DNA of 64,000 bases from Paraspadella gotoi. Its lineage: Eukaryota > Animalia > Chaetognatha. The notes beneath the pieces are model-generated. The model was not told where the DNA came from, made no database searches, and saw nothing but the letters and a program-made list of their open reading frames with translations. How positions within the stretch are numbered: the stretch's first letter is position 1; every line of letters starts with the position of its first letter. This document shows positions 24,039-42,112 of this stretch, in pieces. The stretch lies in NCBI GenBank assembly GCA_051294375.1, contig CM119264.1, positions 4,859,070 to 4,923,069 on the forward strand. The letters are read 5' to 3'. A program made the translations under genes and the position numbers.

Positions 24039-27000
24039 TACCTGTCGGTCTTTGGCGAGGTGGCTCTGCTGTTCCCTGACCCGCTGTTCGTACCGCGCGG
24101 CCATTTCGGCCGGATCCAAGTCCAGCTCTTCTGGGTTGAGGGCGACCTCGATGTCGCCGCGATCGCGATCGCCGGGTCCGACGGCCGCCGGTCGATTCGC
24201 CATCGCCGTCGCCGCCGACATGTCGTAGACGTGAGCGGACCCCATCATGGCGCCGCCCACCGCGGAGCGCTTCTCCGGAAGGACCTGGCGAAGACAGGCG
24301 TTGGGTTGAAAAGAATCCGATCAGATAATTTATTTCGTCCTTTGTCTCACTTGATAAAGCGATGGCCTCTCGTCGCCGGCCTCCATCGCCGCCTCGATGT
24401 TCGCCTTCTGCGTCTTTCGCAATTGAATGTTGACGTCGGGCGTCTCGATCCCGACGGGCATGGAGGTCAGCCCCGACGGGGTGATCATTCCCTCGGGACC
24501 GGGGGTGGCCAAGCCGGAAGCCTCGCCTGAAACGAGTGAAAAGGGGGATTTCCAATTTTTTTTTAGGGTGAGGAGAGGGAGTTTTTTTTTTCGAAGGAAT
24601 AACTTACCCTGCTTCTCCTCTTCCTCCTCCTCGCTCTCGGATTCTGACTCCTCCGACGATTCCGACTCCAGCTCTCCCCAGTGAGACCGATCGATTTCCT
24701 CCTCCACCGCCTGGTCGTTGCCAGCGTCCGCCTGGTGGAACAATCAGTCGGTCCATCAATAAATTAATCTACAAAGAAAGTATATAACAACCAATCCTCA
24801 CCGTGACGCCGAAAACGTCGCCGTAGAGTGGACGGCCCCGCTCGTCGACGGGGGGTTTGCCCCAACCACCCGCGTGGTAGCCAAAGGAGCAGCCGTCGGG
24901 AATCGGCGAATTAAGGCCGGGGATTTTTAGCGTGGGGTATGAGGGAGGGGGACCGTATCTGAAAATAGAGGGTTTAATAACGGAGTTGTTAACGAAACAT
25001 TTATGTAAAAAAACTAACCTTTGCATCGAGATGAGCCACGGAGGCGGGAACCTCTCGGCGTTGGGACCGACGGGCATTCCGAGAGCGATTCGCATATCGT
25101 CGGAGAGAATGCCTGAAGGGAGGTTTGGATTATGAATTCAAGACATTCCCTCCCTATAGACCACCGTTGTATTTACTTACCCGGTTTCTTCTCCTTGAGT
25201 CGCGTCTCAAACTCCTTGCCCTCGTAATAGAGATCCCCGTGGATGGTCATTCGCGGCTTCGTCTGCCACTTGAAGAACGCGTCGTGCAGCTTCTGGTAAT
25301 CGATGTCGATCTTGCCCAGTTTGGGTCGAACCTGATATAGAAACCATGGAAAAAGGGGTGAGGTTAAATTTAAATTTGGAAATCGGAGAATTTAGTACTT
25401 TTTTACCTTTTCTCTCATCTTAGATTTAAGCGACTTTTCGGTCTCCTTATCCTGGAGCGCCTGTCTCATTTCCATGATGCCAGTTTTCTTGATGAAGTCG
25501 GGCAGATCGAACGGCGGCTTCTCTATACCTCTTTTGCCCTAAGAAGCGACGGAGAGAGGGAGGAATAGACAAAACCTTCCAGCTAAAAAATTCGAATTAT
25601 TTACTTGAAGGTATTTCCTCTTAAAGCACCAATGTCGCGGGACCGGAACGGAGTTCCTCGTGCTCTTGAGGTGGACGAGCAGCTTTGGATCTCGCGCGGT
25701 GACGTCGTGCATCTCCACAACATCGGGACGGCTCACGAGTTGCTTCAGTTCGGCCACCGAAAGGCGCGTCATCTTCTTTAATTTCTTCTTGCTGATCTTT
25801 TGTTCCTGCGCGGTTAACGTCAAAGTTCAAGTCAAAGTTAAAAAGTCAATTAAATTATCGCATCGAACCTCCTCGGGTTTTTCATCTTCCTCCTCCTCTT
25901 CCTCCTTGTTTTCGGTCTCCTTCTCTTTGTCCGGGTCCTTTCCCGCCCCCTCCTCGCTCCCCTTCGTCTCCTCCGCTTCCTCCTTCTCGCTGATCTTGAA
26001 GGCCTCGAAGATTTTGTGGAAGAGACGGTAGGCGGGGGTCTTTGGGTCGAGGCCAAGATCCTCGGGGACGTATTCCACCTGGAAGTTTCATTAAAATATT
26101 CATTAAACAAAATGTGTAAGTTTGGGGAGAAAGAAAGTCAACCGAAGTGACGCCCCTCCCCAGAAAGAAGAATCAAACGAAAAACCGATGACATTAAAAA
26201 CAACAAGAACAATAACAACAATATCATCTCACCTCGACGTCGTCCTCTTCATCGTCTTCAGCCTCCTGCCGCTTCACCCATCGCGAAGCCTCCATCTCCC
26301 TCATTCTCTGCCCGCGGGTCTTTCTCTTCTTCTTTTTTCTTGAGTACGAAGGAGAGCAGAGATATAAAGAATAGGAAGAAAACAAGGACACTTGAAAGAA
26401 CTCACTTTTGAGTTTGCTTCGCTTCCTTAGGCTGTTTCGAGGGTGGCTGCTGCTGTTGCTGTTGCTGTAGCAGCGGCGGCGGGGGAGGGGGAATGAGCGG
26501 CGAAGAATACGACCGTCTCCTTTCCTCCTCGTCCTCGAAAGAGGGGCCTTCGGAAATGGCGGCGTCGGCGGAGGTTTGCCCCACCTGAGGTGAATTAAGC
26601 CATTAATTTATTCCATTCCACCCCCCTTAACCCACCTGCCCCACCAACCCGACCTGCTTCGCTCGCAAATCTTTAAAAGAGAGGATGTTCTCGAGGGCTG
26701 ACGGAAGCTTCGGGGGCGCCTCGGGATCCGCAGTCTCGTCGGTCGAAGTCTGACCGACGATTTGGGGTCCGCGTTGGATCGGCGGGGGAACTGAAGACGA
26801 TAAATAAAAGAGAGAGACAATGACAACAAATGTTAAGCGCTCTCGCTCTCTCTCTGTTACCCGGCTGTGACGGAATCGCGGGTTCTTCAGTTTCTTCTTC
26901 CGGTTTTTCAGAAGACTCTTCGTCTTTCGCCACAGGAATCTCCATCAGAGGCAAAACGACGGGCGGAGGCGGGATGGCAGGAAAAACTGGATCGACAGTC

Positions 27001-27562
27001 GGAGTGACGTCCGGGGCTTCGACAGCCTCTTCGACGGATTCAGCGACGGGGTCTTCATCCTCCGGGACTTCGACGATCGCCTCCTCGGACGGGACGAGCT
27101 CTTCCTCGGTCGGTGTCGGCTCTTCCTCCATCGCTTGAGGTTCTTCGTTTTCAACGGGCACCGAGTCTGAGAGAAAAGATTTATTTTTTCAACAACCCTC
27201 TCCAATTCAGTCTTACTCGATCCTGTCCTTCTCTCCCATCACCCACCTTCGCCAACGCCGTCGATGGGCGCCGCGTCTTCAAAAGTCGGCACTTGTTCGG
27301 ATTCCACCAGAGGCGCGTCGATCGAATCTGGCGCCGTCAAGTGAATCGATTGGATGGCACCGGTTTCTTCTGCTTCCTCTATCACTGGCGCCGGCGCCTC
27401 CTTCCCTTCTACTTCGCCGGCGGCCCTCGACGTCAGATGGTCATGAAGTCGTTGCACCAAGACGGGTTTGTTTCCCGTCGTTGGGAGACCATAGTCGCTG
27501 AGCTGCGCGCGCAGTTCGGGGACCTTGAACTTATTTAGTTCGTTGAAGGTCGGCACCTCCAT
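23826..27562 (-). CDS. SF3B2: Splicing factor 3B subunit 2 (SAP145), multi-exon
   Basis: N-terminal SAP domain (KVPELRAQLSDYGLPTTGNKPVLVQRL); LSVAELKQLVSRPDVVEMHDVTARDPKLL..VPVPRHWCFKRKYLQ; PSP domain (PPPWLISMQRYGPPPSYPTLKIPGLNSPIP..GGWGKPPVDE); C-terminal KKYKEFKF. Confidence 0.97.
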
Positions 27563-27965
27563 TTTATAGAGTTTTTGTGTAAAACCTTTTTTGATATTCG
27601 ATGGCTTTAGAAATATTACGTAATTGATATTTTTTTTGAAAATCTCACATAAGATTTTTTTACAAGGGTGACGACGAATAATAGATGCACAAAAAAGCAA
27701 ACGGAAAAGACTGGTGAAACAAATGTTTATTATTGCATCAATATCAATAATGTCAATTAAATATCTAAAAAAAATTTATTGTTTTTCATTCGCGATACAA
27801 AATAATTTGTAGGTTCACTAAACATTTTAAATTCTAGTATGTAGAAAGATTAACGATATTTCGTGGAAAAAAAATCAAAACAAAACTGAAAATGGCATAA
27901 AAAAATCAGTACATGTAACACTAGATCTACAAAATGCGGTAATGAGAAATAACCTCGCCGCGCCT

Positions 27966-30174
27966 TCACCAACGCCCGCCCCCGTAAGGTCCAGGACCCC
28001 TCCCGCCACCGAAGCCAGGCCGCATTGGCCCGCCCCCGAAATTTTGGCCCCAGTTCTGACCAAAGTCGTTGTAACCGGATCCGCCAAAGTCGTTTCCGCC
28101 ATGACCCCAACCGCCGTTTCTCATTCCGCCGCCACCTCCGCCGCCCATCATGCCGGAATTACCCCAACCGCCACCCATACCTCCGCCCATTCCGCCTCCC
28201 ATACCCCATCCGCCTCCACCCATGCCTCCTCCCATGCCACCGCCCATGCCTCCTCCCATGCCGCCGCCCATGCCTCCTCCGCGGCCCATCATGCTTCCAC
28301 CGCGTCCGCCGCGACCACCGCCGTGCATCTGGCCCATCTCTGCGTCCTTGGGGATGGCTTTCTTGACGTCGATGGGGCAGTCGTTGATGCGGTGAGTCTC
28401 CTTCTGCAACATCATCTTGTCGACTGGGTCGTGGTCGTCGAATTCAACGAAGGCGAAACCTCGAGGTGCCTGGTAATAAATAGCATTTTGTATTTAACGG
28501 GCTACTAGAAAAAATTCCAATCAAAATAATAAAAAAACTTGTATAGTTTACCCCGCTGGCCTTGTCCTTCATGAGGACGCAATCCGTGATGGTTCCGTAG
28601 CTGGAAAAGTAACTCCTGATGTCCTCCTCCGTGATGGGCTTATCCTTCAATCCTTCAAGCAAATAAAGAGGTTCCTAGTCTAAGGTCTTTCCGTCAGCGT
28701 AGCGAGACAGTCCTATTTTTAAGGATAATCTGTCCGATATTGACAACCTAGTGCCTTCCTAGAATGCTGGCCAGTAATAAAAAGCATTACTTTCCTTGCT
28801 TTCTTTCCTCTCTCTTTTCTTGCCTAATCGCGGCCTTTCTAACTTTGTTTCGAACGGAATTAATCTACGCTGCATCGAAAAGGAGAAATTCCACGCTTCA
28901 AAAAATATGTAAATTTCCTTTTTTCACCCCATTCCTAAAAAAAGAGATGTTAGCTCTCCCCCGACGAACACCTTCGCCCTAGACTCTAGAGCCTAACGCC
29001 GAATAAAAAGAAAGAATATACAAGACGTTCACCCACGCCCAGGGTGGAATCGACACGGCGACGTCTTGCAGCCTCTTTGACAGGCGCGCTGGAAGGGGGA
29101 AAAATGAGAGATGATGTAGCGGACCTCCGGAGATTTTTCATCGAGCATTTCTGGTTTTGTGTCTTCGTATAAAATATTTTTGTTGCGATGCATCCTTACC
29201 GAACCATAGATGCTGGCCTGCCTTTTATCGTTGGACCCTTTAATCTCTCACTAGCACCTTCTTTCCTACCGATCGCTTCCTGTCGGCTCGAGAGTAGATG
29301 ATTAGGCTGCATCCTCTGAAGCTTAACTACAAACGCGTTCTGATTTATTCTTTTGAGGATAACCCATTAAAAATATTATCCTTCCGGGATAAACCTGATA
29401 GCTCCACCGAAATGTCTTACGATGCCCTTTAAAAATATAAATGTTTAAAAAAGTATATCTGCTAAAAGGTTTGTTTTTCCTGGCTTCAAATCAAAACCAA
29501 CCTCGTGCCCAAAATATAACCGCACAAACGCAACGCAAAATCAGCCAACTTACCCCCGATAAAAATTTTTTTAATCGCCATGTGCGAAGCGGGATTTGTC
29601 TCCTCTCTGGGAACCGCCCGTTTTGGTTGAACCTGAAATAACGAATGCAGTTATTATATTATATCGCAGTACGTGAAAATGATGAAAGAAAATAAAAATT
29701 AAGCGGGGCGAACAAACAGACCTGTCTGCCGTCGACTGTATGCGGACGATGCCCCATTGCCTCGTCGACCATCGACGAATGCTGAAAAGAAAAGTCGATT
29801 CGAGGCGGAATTCTCTCGCAAGTTGACGAAAGGGAAATATAATTTAAAAAAAATTAAGACAACCGACCTTGTACGTGACGTAGCCGAAGCCTTTGGATCG
29901 ACCCGAGTACTTGTCTTTTATGACGACGACGTCCGTGATCTCGCCCCATTGTTCGTAGAACGCTTTGAGGCTGTCGTCTGTCAAATAAAATTAATTGAAA
30001 ATATTGTTTTTTAAGATCGAACTGGGGTGGTTTTAGAAAGCACTGTTGAAGGCAAGAAATCTCATGTACGATAAACGCTCGAGCACCTGTCGTTTTGAAA
30101 TTGACGCCGCCGACAAAGATCTTTCGCTGCTGCTCAGGTTCCAACGACGACTCTCCGTTGCTATCAGAAGCCAT
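27966..30174 (-). CDS. hnRNP A/B family protein (two RRMs + Gly/Met-rich low-complexity tail)
   Basis: EPEQQRKIFVGGV (RNP2), RSKGFGYVTY (RNP1), RPHTVDGRQVQPKRAVPRE, KKIFIGGL, RGFAFVEFDDHDPVDK, VKKAIPK, then GGGMGGG repeats and PYGGG. Confidence 0.93.
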
Positions 30175-30701
30175 TGTTATTTATTTTGGCCTTGAAATAC
30201 GTTATTTATCAAAGATCTGAATTAGAGGGTAATTATCAAAACTTAATTCTAAAGATTCACGATCATTTTTATTTATTTTGCATTCTCATCGAAATTTTTT
30301 ATTTTAATAGATAAAAGAGGTGACAATATTTTTACTCTATACAAATATTTTTTTTTTAAAAATCGCCTTGAAAACATTTAATCATTTGCGTCGAAATAAA
30401 AAATACGAAATTGATGAAATGAAATCAAAAAATATTGAAGATGATCGATTAAGCATAAACACGTTACGCAGCCCATTTTAGGTTTAGGAATGAAACTGCA
30501 AATACACGGATTTCAAATGGGAGTTATAAAAACGTAACTAATCTATACTAATAATACCTAAATATAATTCACTTAATGTAGAACTACCAAGGCTATTCGC
30601 GCGCGCTACGCCTATTTGGAAACAGATTATCATCGGTTCCATCTCCTTCACCGCTCGTACCATTATGCTAGCGTCTATTGTTACAGGAGTGAAATGAAAG
30701 G

Positions 30702-31132
30702 TGTTGGAGGGTTTTCATGTAGAAACATCAGTGGGTAAAGGTGGCTCACGTCATCCGGAGCTGGGTCGCATCGGGGTCTCCAAGGGCCTACCAATCAGGC
30801 GATGAGCGGACGGCGCAGTCGACAGATGCAATCAGTCTTAGAGTATGGATCTGATATCTGAGAACTGTGAGAGGTATAAAGGGTAACAGTATAAAAAGGG
30901 AGACGCGGAACCTATCACTGTATTCTGACCAACCGTATTCTGACCAACCGTATTCTGACACGTATCATTTATTAATTATTAGCACGATACTCGATATCAC
31001 TGAAAGGCAAAACATTAATAAATGATAAACAATATTAGGACAATATCAGTATTGAAGAACGGTTCGTTTAAATGTTCATCGCGAATAGTCCGTCTCGAGA
31101 TCCTCGACGTCCTCACGAATTTGTCTCCAACA
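30702..31132 (+). mobile_element. Solo LTR (431 bp) of an LTR retrotransposon
   Basis: Termini TGTTGGAG...CTCCAACA (8-bp inverted, TG..CA) flanked by AAGG on both sides (4-bp TSD). Internal CCAAT (~30791), TATAAAAAG (~30890) and AATAAA (~31017) lie in U3-R-U5 order. Confidence 0.85.
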
Positions 31133-31291
31133 AAGGATCAAATACTTTGGCTAAATAATTTGTTATAGCAACAAATTGGAAAATAAACTTGATCTGGCAA
31201 GCGCCTGTTACCTCAATAAACCTTAAAATATATAAATGAGAATTTCTTTGCATGCTCCAAGACATTTTACTAAATAATAAATGTAAAAGAA

Positions 31292-32035
31292 TTAAAAAGT
31301 TTAATTTCATAATGGAGTGCAGTGCAAAAAAAAAATTTTATAAATTTTCCATATATTTCGACATAAGTTTCTATGTCATCTTCAGTGAGAAAAAAAGAAT
31401 TAACAAACAAACTTTTACAAAGTAAGAAATAGAGAAATAAAGAGAGAGAGACACAATAACAATGAAAAGGCTAAAGACTAAATGACCTTAAGTGGTCAGA
31501 AGAACCCAAAAAAGGGTTGCCCCCACCCTTCATAAGTCATTAAAGACACAGTTCCATGCGTCAGTTTTCCACGTAGGCTCCCCAGTCTCATTAAGACCCT
31601 CCCCAGGTCACTACTGTGACGTCGAATTTCAAGTGCTTCGCGAGTTTTTAAGGTCATGGATCAGTTTTTTTTGTTTTTTTCCGGACATCGTTTTAATAAT
31701 ACTTGCGTTGGCAAAATCCGGGGTTAGTGACAATCTTTATAGTGTTGGGAGATTCCGGAGTGTTGCATTGCTCTTTTCCAATTGCTCTTTCATGTTCCTT
31801 CCTTCCAGAACCCTTTTTGGGTTCTTCTGACCACTTTAAGGTCATTTAGTCTTTAGCCTTTTCATTGTTATTGTCTCTCTCTCTTTATTTCTCTATTTCT
31901 TACTTTGTAAAAGTTTTGTTTGTTAATTCTTTTTCTTCCACTGAGATGACATAGAAACTTATTTCGAAAATATATGGAAAATTTATAAATTTTTTTTTTT
32001 TGCACTGCACTCCATTATGAAATTAAACTTTTTAA
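31292..32035. mobile_element. Foldback/MITE-like element: ~230-bp inverted arms with ~290-bp spacer (or a long-read artefact)
   Basis: 31292-31518 is the reverse complement of 31809-32035. Both ends are TTAA. Differences are mostly small indels. Confidence 0.6.
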
Positions 32036-32047
32036 TCATTATACTAA

Positions 32048-37630
<5,583 letters not shown>

Positions 37631-37844
37631 TTAACCGGTGGGTTTTAAAACGATTGAATGTAAAGTTTCGGAATAAGTTTAAATTCGAATTCAAAATAGC
37701 AAAAACTCGCTGGAGAAAATAATATAAAAGATGCAACGGAAAAATGAAAATATAAATCAAATTCAATGACATCGTCGTCAAATTGATCAGTTTTTAAAAA
37801 CCAATAAAAAAAAACAGAAAAAAGATAACAATAACAGTTAACAA

Positions 37845-40106
37845 TCACAGTGCCATTAGATAATCCACCCCGCCATCCCTAGCCGCGCTCCTGGTGCTTC
37901 GCGTCGCTTGGCGAATCTCCAGCATCTCAATCGAGTCTCCGCCATCTCCTGCCGCGCCGGCGACGTCGTCGTTGTCGGCAGCAAAGTCCCCCGCGTCAAT
38001 AATCTCGTAACGATCGAAGCAGTCGAGCAACCAGTTCCGACCACAAAAGGCCACTCGAGATTTTCCGCGAAAGACTCGAGGTGGCGCGGAAGCGTCCGCG
38101 TCTCCATCGTCGGAGACAACGAAGTAGCAAGTATTTTTGAGGAATTTGAGTTTCTGCGCGTGAAAGGGAACCGTAAGCGGACCGTCGAAGCAGGAAGGCC
38201 TTCGACTCAGCAGCATGCCGCCGGCGAGCTCGACTAAATCGCTGAGGACCCGAGCCGGTGGGTCCGAAAAGTTTCCGTTCAGGAAAAAGTGGCAGCCGGA
38301 AAATAAAGGGGGAAAGTGGTAAAAGTGGTTAATGAGTGCCCGCTTGGACCCGTCGGATCGCGGATCGCGCGCCGAACCACTCGCCAGAAAGAGCTCCTCC
38401 GGCTGCGGTAATTTTGCTGCCAAAGAAGCGGATAACCACTGAAAGACGACCACCTTTTTGCCGCTCAAGATTCCCTGGAGATACTTGACCGTACAGCTGG
38501 GTCGCGAATCACTATTCTCCCCGCAGATGACGTGGGTGACGGAAGAGTCAAATTCGTCGACCGTCTTTGCATCGAAGGCGGAACAGAACTCATCGAGGAG
38601 GCGAAAGTCGTCGTCGTCGCGAAATCCCGTAGCGACCAGAACCAAACGCGACTCCGTCACTTCCGCCGCATTGGCGAGGGGAACGGCGACGGAAGGTTTT
38701 CTTCCCAACACCGGAGAATTTAACCGCAAGACTTGGGATCCGATGTAAATGGGTCGATCCTTCTCGGCAGCAGCAATGGATCTTTTCCCAGCTTCTCCCT
38801 TGAGGTGACTCTTAAACAAAGCTTTAATTTCCTCGTGCCGCGCGAGAGAGGGCGCCGTCTGACCACGAATGTTCTCTAGAAGGAGGTCGGCGCCGCCTTC
38901 AAGGAGCAACTCGACGCAGCGAAGGTGCCCATGAAAAACAGCCTCGTGAAGCGGCGTCTCGTTGGCTTCGCCGCAAGGTGTGTTCGGGTGAGCGCCGGCA
39001 ACAAGCAGCTTTTCCACGACGGCGTCGTATCCTCGAACGCATGCGTCGAAAAGCGGCGTCAAACCGGCGAAATCTTTAGTGTTGGGTGCGGCGCCTTCCG
39101 CGATCAAACGCGCCACTTTCTCCATCTGTCCACGACGCGCTGCAACGTGTAGGGGCGTTTCTCCGTTCTCGTTAACCTCTTTCTTTTTCTGGCGAACAAT
39201 TAGTTGCTTCTTTCGAATTGAAATCAAGCGCTGCCGTGTGGCAGGCGAAGGGGAGCAGTCAGGGGCAACAGATGATTTCCCGTTTTCGTTATTATTATTA
39301 TCATCCTGCGGCCTTTTAACTTCTTCCGTCGCGTTCTCGCCTTCGCCCGAGAGGAAGAAATTAGCATTAACGACAGAATCATTAGAATAACCTTTTCTTC
39401 TGCCAGCGCCACAATCCTCCACGTTCTTCATCGCCCTTTCCTCCACTTCCTTAGCCTTAGGTCTTTTGTTTCCGGCCAAAACTATAAGATCGGGCAGCGA
39501 ATCGTCTTTCGATGGCGACGATCGATCAGGCGAAATAATTTTCGCTTCGCCGTTGGTTTGAGTTAAGTTCGAGAGGCGACGTTTGACTCGTCGTCGAATC
39601 GCGGGAGTTTTCGGTTCGGCAGGAGTCTTGGTATTTTCAAGGACGGCGACCGAGTCGGCATCCGCGACGGGGACGACATTCGATAAGGGGATGGCATCAA
39701 TGAGGGCATTGGGAACAGCAACGGGGACCCCATCTGGTGCGACGGCAATGTTAATTGTGGTGGCAGTATCCTCGACCGATCCGTTAACCGTTGACTCTCC
39801 GACTGGAACGGCAGTGGGCGATATCATACCCAATTTCTCGAACCCACTCTTCAACGATTGAGCTAGACTCAAGACGGCACCGAGCTGTGAAAGGTGGACC
39901 ATATGTTTGCGAGGCAGCGTCGGGACTCCGCAAACAGGGCAGGCGTCTAGAGTGGTGGCGTCGCAATCCCCACAAAAGAGATGATCGCATCCGTTGGTCG
40001 TCTGAATCGGGGTGGAGAGGGGCGAGTTGCAACGATCGCATCTCGTGAAGGCGGCGAGATTGTCGAAGGCAGCCGCCAAGCGCGACGGCGGAGCGGGGCA
40101 GGTCAT
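37845..40106 (-). CDS. BARD1: BARD1-like (RING + ankyrin repeats + tandem BRCT), single exon, 753 aa
   Basis: C3HC4 RING CDRC..GCDHLFCGDC..CPVC; ankyrins NENGETPLHVAARRG, KDFAGLTPLFDAC, NETPLHEAVFHGH; BRCT VTHVI..TVKYLQGILSGKKVVVFQWL and PPLFSGCHFFL..NWLLDC. Confidence 0.95.
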   Translation of the reverse strand: MTCPAPPSRLAAAFDNLAAFTRCDRCNSPLSTPIQTTNGCDHLFCGDCDATTLDACPVCGVPTLPRKHMVHLSQLGAVLSLAQSLKSGFEKLGMISPTAVPVGESTVNGSVEDTATTINIAVAPDGVPVAVPNALIDAIPLSNVVPVADADSVAVLENTKTPAEPKTPAIRRRVKRRLSNLTQTNGEAKIISPDRSSPSKDDSLPDLIVLAGNKRPKAKEVEERAMKNVEDCGAGRRKGYSNDSVVNANFFLSGEGENATEEVKRPQDDNNNNENGKSSVAPDCSPSPATRQRLISIRKKQLIVRQKKKEVNENGETPLHVAARRGQMEKVARLIAEGAAPNTKDFAGLTPLFDACVRGYDAVVEKLLVAGAHPNTPCGEANETPLHEAVFHGHLRCVELLLEGGADLLLENIRGQTAPSLARHEEIKALFKSHLKGEAGKRSIAAAEKDRPIYIGSQVLRLNSPVLGRKPSVAVPLANAAEVTESRLVLVATGFRDDDDFRLLDEFCSAFDAKTVDEFDSSVTHVICGENSDSRPSCTVKYLQGILSGKKVVVFQWLSASLAAKLPQPEELFLASGSARDPRSDGSKRALINHFYHFPPLFSGCHFFLNGNFSDPPARVLSDLVELAGGMLLSRRPSCFDGPLTVPFHAQKLKFLKNTCYFVVSDDGDADASAPPRVFRGKSRVAFCGRNWLLDCFDRYEIIDAGDFAADNDDVAGAAGDGGDSIEMLEIRQATRSTRSAARDGGVDYLMAL

Positions 40107-40254
40107 TATAGCAAAGTAAACTAGAAAAACGAGTTAAGAAATGTAAAACAATATAACGGGAGAAAAAAAATCTCACTAATCAATTAACCACAAAGAACTG
40201 AGGGAAAAAGAGAAAAGGGAAATATCGAAGGATAATTCTCTCGACAGGAAACTT

Positions 40255-42112
40255 TTAATGATCGATCCGCCAAAGGATGACTTTTTTATCAGACCCCACG
40301 GCAACGAGGGCCTGTCGGGCGTGCCATGAGAGCCCGTGAGAGGCCGGGCAGGAAGCCGCGAAGACGGTTTGATTCGTACGGACGTTGAAGACGCGAAGTT
40401 GGCCGCCCGTTCGAGATACCGACGCCAAGAGGTCTGGCTTAGCCGGCGAAAAGGCACAAGGCCCGCCACCTTCTTGATGCGCCGGCGTGGACTCGAGCGC
40501 CTGGGAAGAGCGAGAGACGTCCCAAACGAGACGATGACCCGACGCGGAGACGAGACCGGCAACGATGAGCGGATTGCCGGGGCACAGGTCGGCGTGGGAG
40601 AGACGGTTGAGAAGGCCGCCGGTGGACGGAGTGTCAAGTGAAAGTATCGTCTGAATGAGAATTTAAAAAATCAGACTAAAGTAAAAAAAAAAAAAGGGGA
40701 AAAAATTTTAAGTGAATGCATAGAATAGAAAGTAAAAAATCTTAAAGCATAAGGATCGTCGCAATCGCATAAGAAAAATCTGGATTGACGACAGATTTTG
40801 ATACTAAAAAAAATCAAATTTGAGAAAATAAAATTAATTTATAAACAGAAAGAAAAAGAAGAAAAGAATAAATATAAAGATAGAATAGAAAGGAAAGAAA
40901 GAATAGAAAGGAAAGAAAGGAAAAAAGAATAGAAGGAAAGAAAGAATAGAAAGGAAAGAAAGAATAGAAAGGAAAAGAAAGAATAGAAAGGAAAGAAAGA
41001 ATAGAAAGGAAACAAATAATAAAAAGTAAAGAAAGAATAGAAAAGAAAGAAAGAATAGAAAAAAAGAATAGAAAAGAAAGAAAGAATAGAAAGAAAAGAA
41101 AAAAAGCGATTGCGACGATAAAAAGAAATTCAAAGATATGACATAACAATCAGCGGTACTAGCGTCTACCTGTTGGTTAGAAATATTATAAAATCGGATG
41201 ACCCCGGCCTTTTCGGCCACCATAAGCTTGGCCGATTCGTCCGGGTGCCACCCGAGCGCCACACCCGGCGAACCCAGAGGAAAGGCGGCCGCCAGTTTAG
41301 CGCGCGCGGCGACTCCGTCGGCGTCGATGTCACCGGAGGCCGTGGCGCCGGATTTCGGGTTAAGCGTCCAAACAAGCGCGGTGTGATCGTCACCCGTGGA
41401 AGCGATTTGATGCCCGTTCTCCAAAAAGATGACGGCGTTGATGTAGTCGGTGTGACCCTCGAGATAATCGCAAGTGTTGAGGTCGGCGAGGTCAGAGTGG
41501 ATCAACTTTAGTCTTTTGTCTCCCGAAGCCACTGCGAATTTAACAACCTGAAAGGTTTTAAATTTAATCTTTAATTTATCTTAAAATAACTTTTAATTTA
41601 ATTTACGATTTCCACGTTCCCGATTTGTCATCTCTGAGGACTGCCCATCTTGTGGTTTTTCGTTAATTCATTTGCAGACTATACAAATAGATGGAACCTT
41701 CTTCTCACGGCGCTTCCTCCCGATGGCCGCTCAACCCTCGAGTACGCGCACCTGCGGAAACGTGTGAAGCGAAGACTCAGGGCTCCACGCGATGACCTCC
41801 ACGCGACCGTCGTGGTGAAACTCGGAAAGTCGCGTAAATTCCAGCGGCTTACGGGACTCGCCTTCCTCTTGGAGCTTGACTTGCCCGACTGAATCAAGAA
41901 AAAAAAAAGGTATGAAATAGCCTGAAATAAAAAGTCGAAACGTCAACTGATTAATCAACCTCACCGACGATGCTACGCTTGCCGCCAAAAGCAACGAGTC
42001 CGGCGGACCATTCAAAGGGACAGAATTGTACGCAGTGCACGGCCTCCGAGGCGGGCAGGTGGCCGATCGGTTCCTTCATTGGCGCCTGCGCGGGCGCCGT
42101 GGCGACTGGCAT
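40255..42112 (-). CDS. NUP37: Nucleoporin Nup37 (WD40), about 4 exons
   Basis: VHCVQFCPFEWS; FHHDGRVEVIAWSPESSL; LEGHTDYINAV..IASTGDDHTALVW; SPGVALGWHPDESAKLMVAEKAGVIRFY; GLSWH..VAVGSDKKVILW. Confidence 0.9.
40850..41105. repeat. Purine-rich simple tandem repeat (AAGAATAGAAAGGAAAG)n in a NUP37 intron
   Basis: Directly visible ~17-bp unit. Confidence 0.9.

Noticed and set aside
23655-24555. Long alternative-frame and antisense ORFs over SF3B2 (likewise over B55, STIM, BARD1)
   Set aside because: They are shadows of GC-rich codon usage in the real genes.
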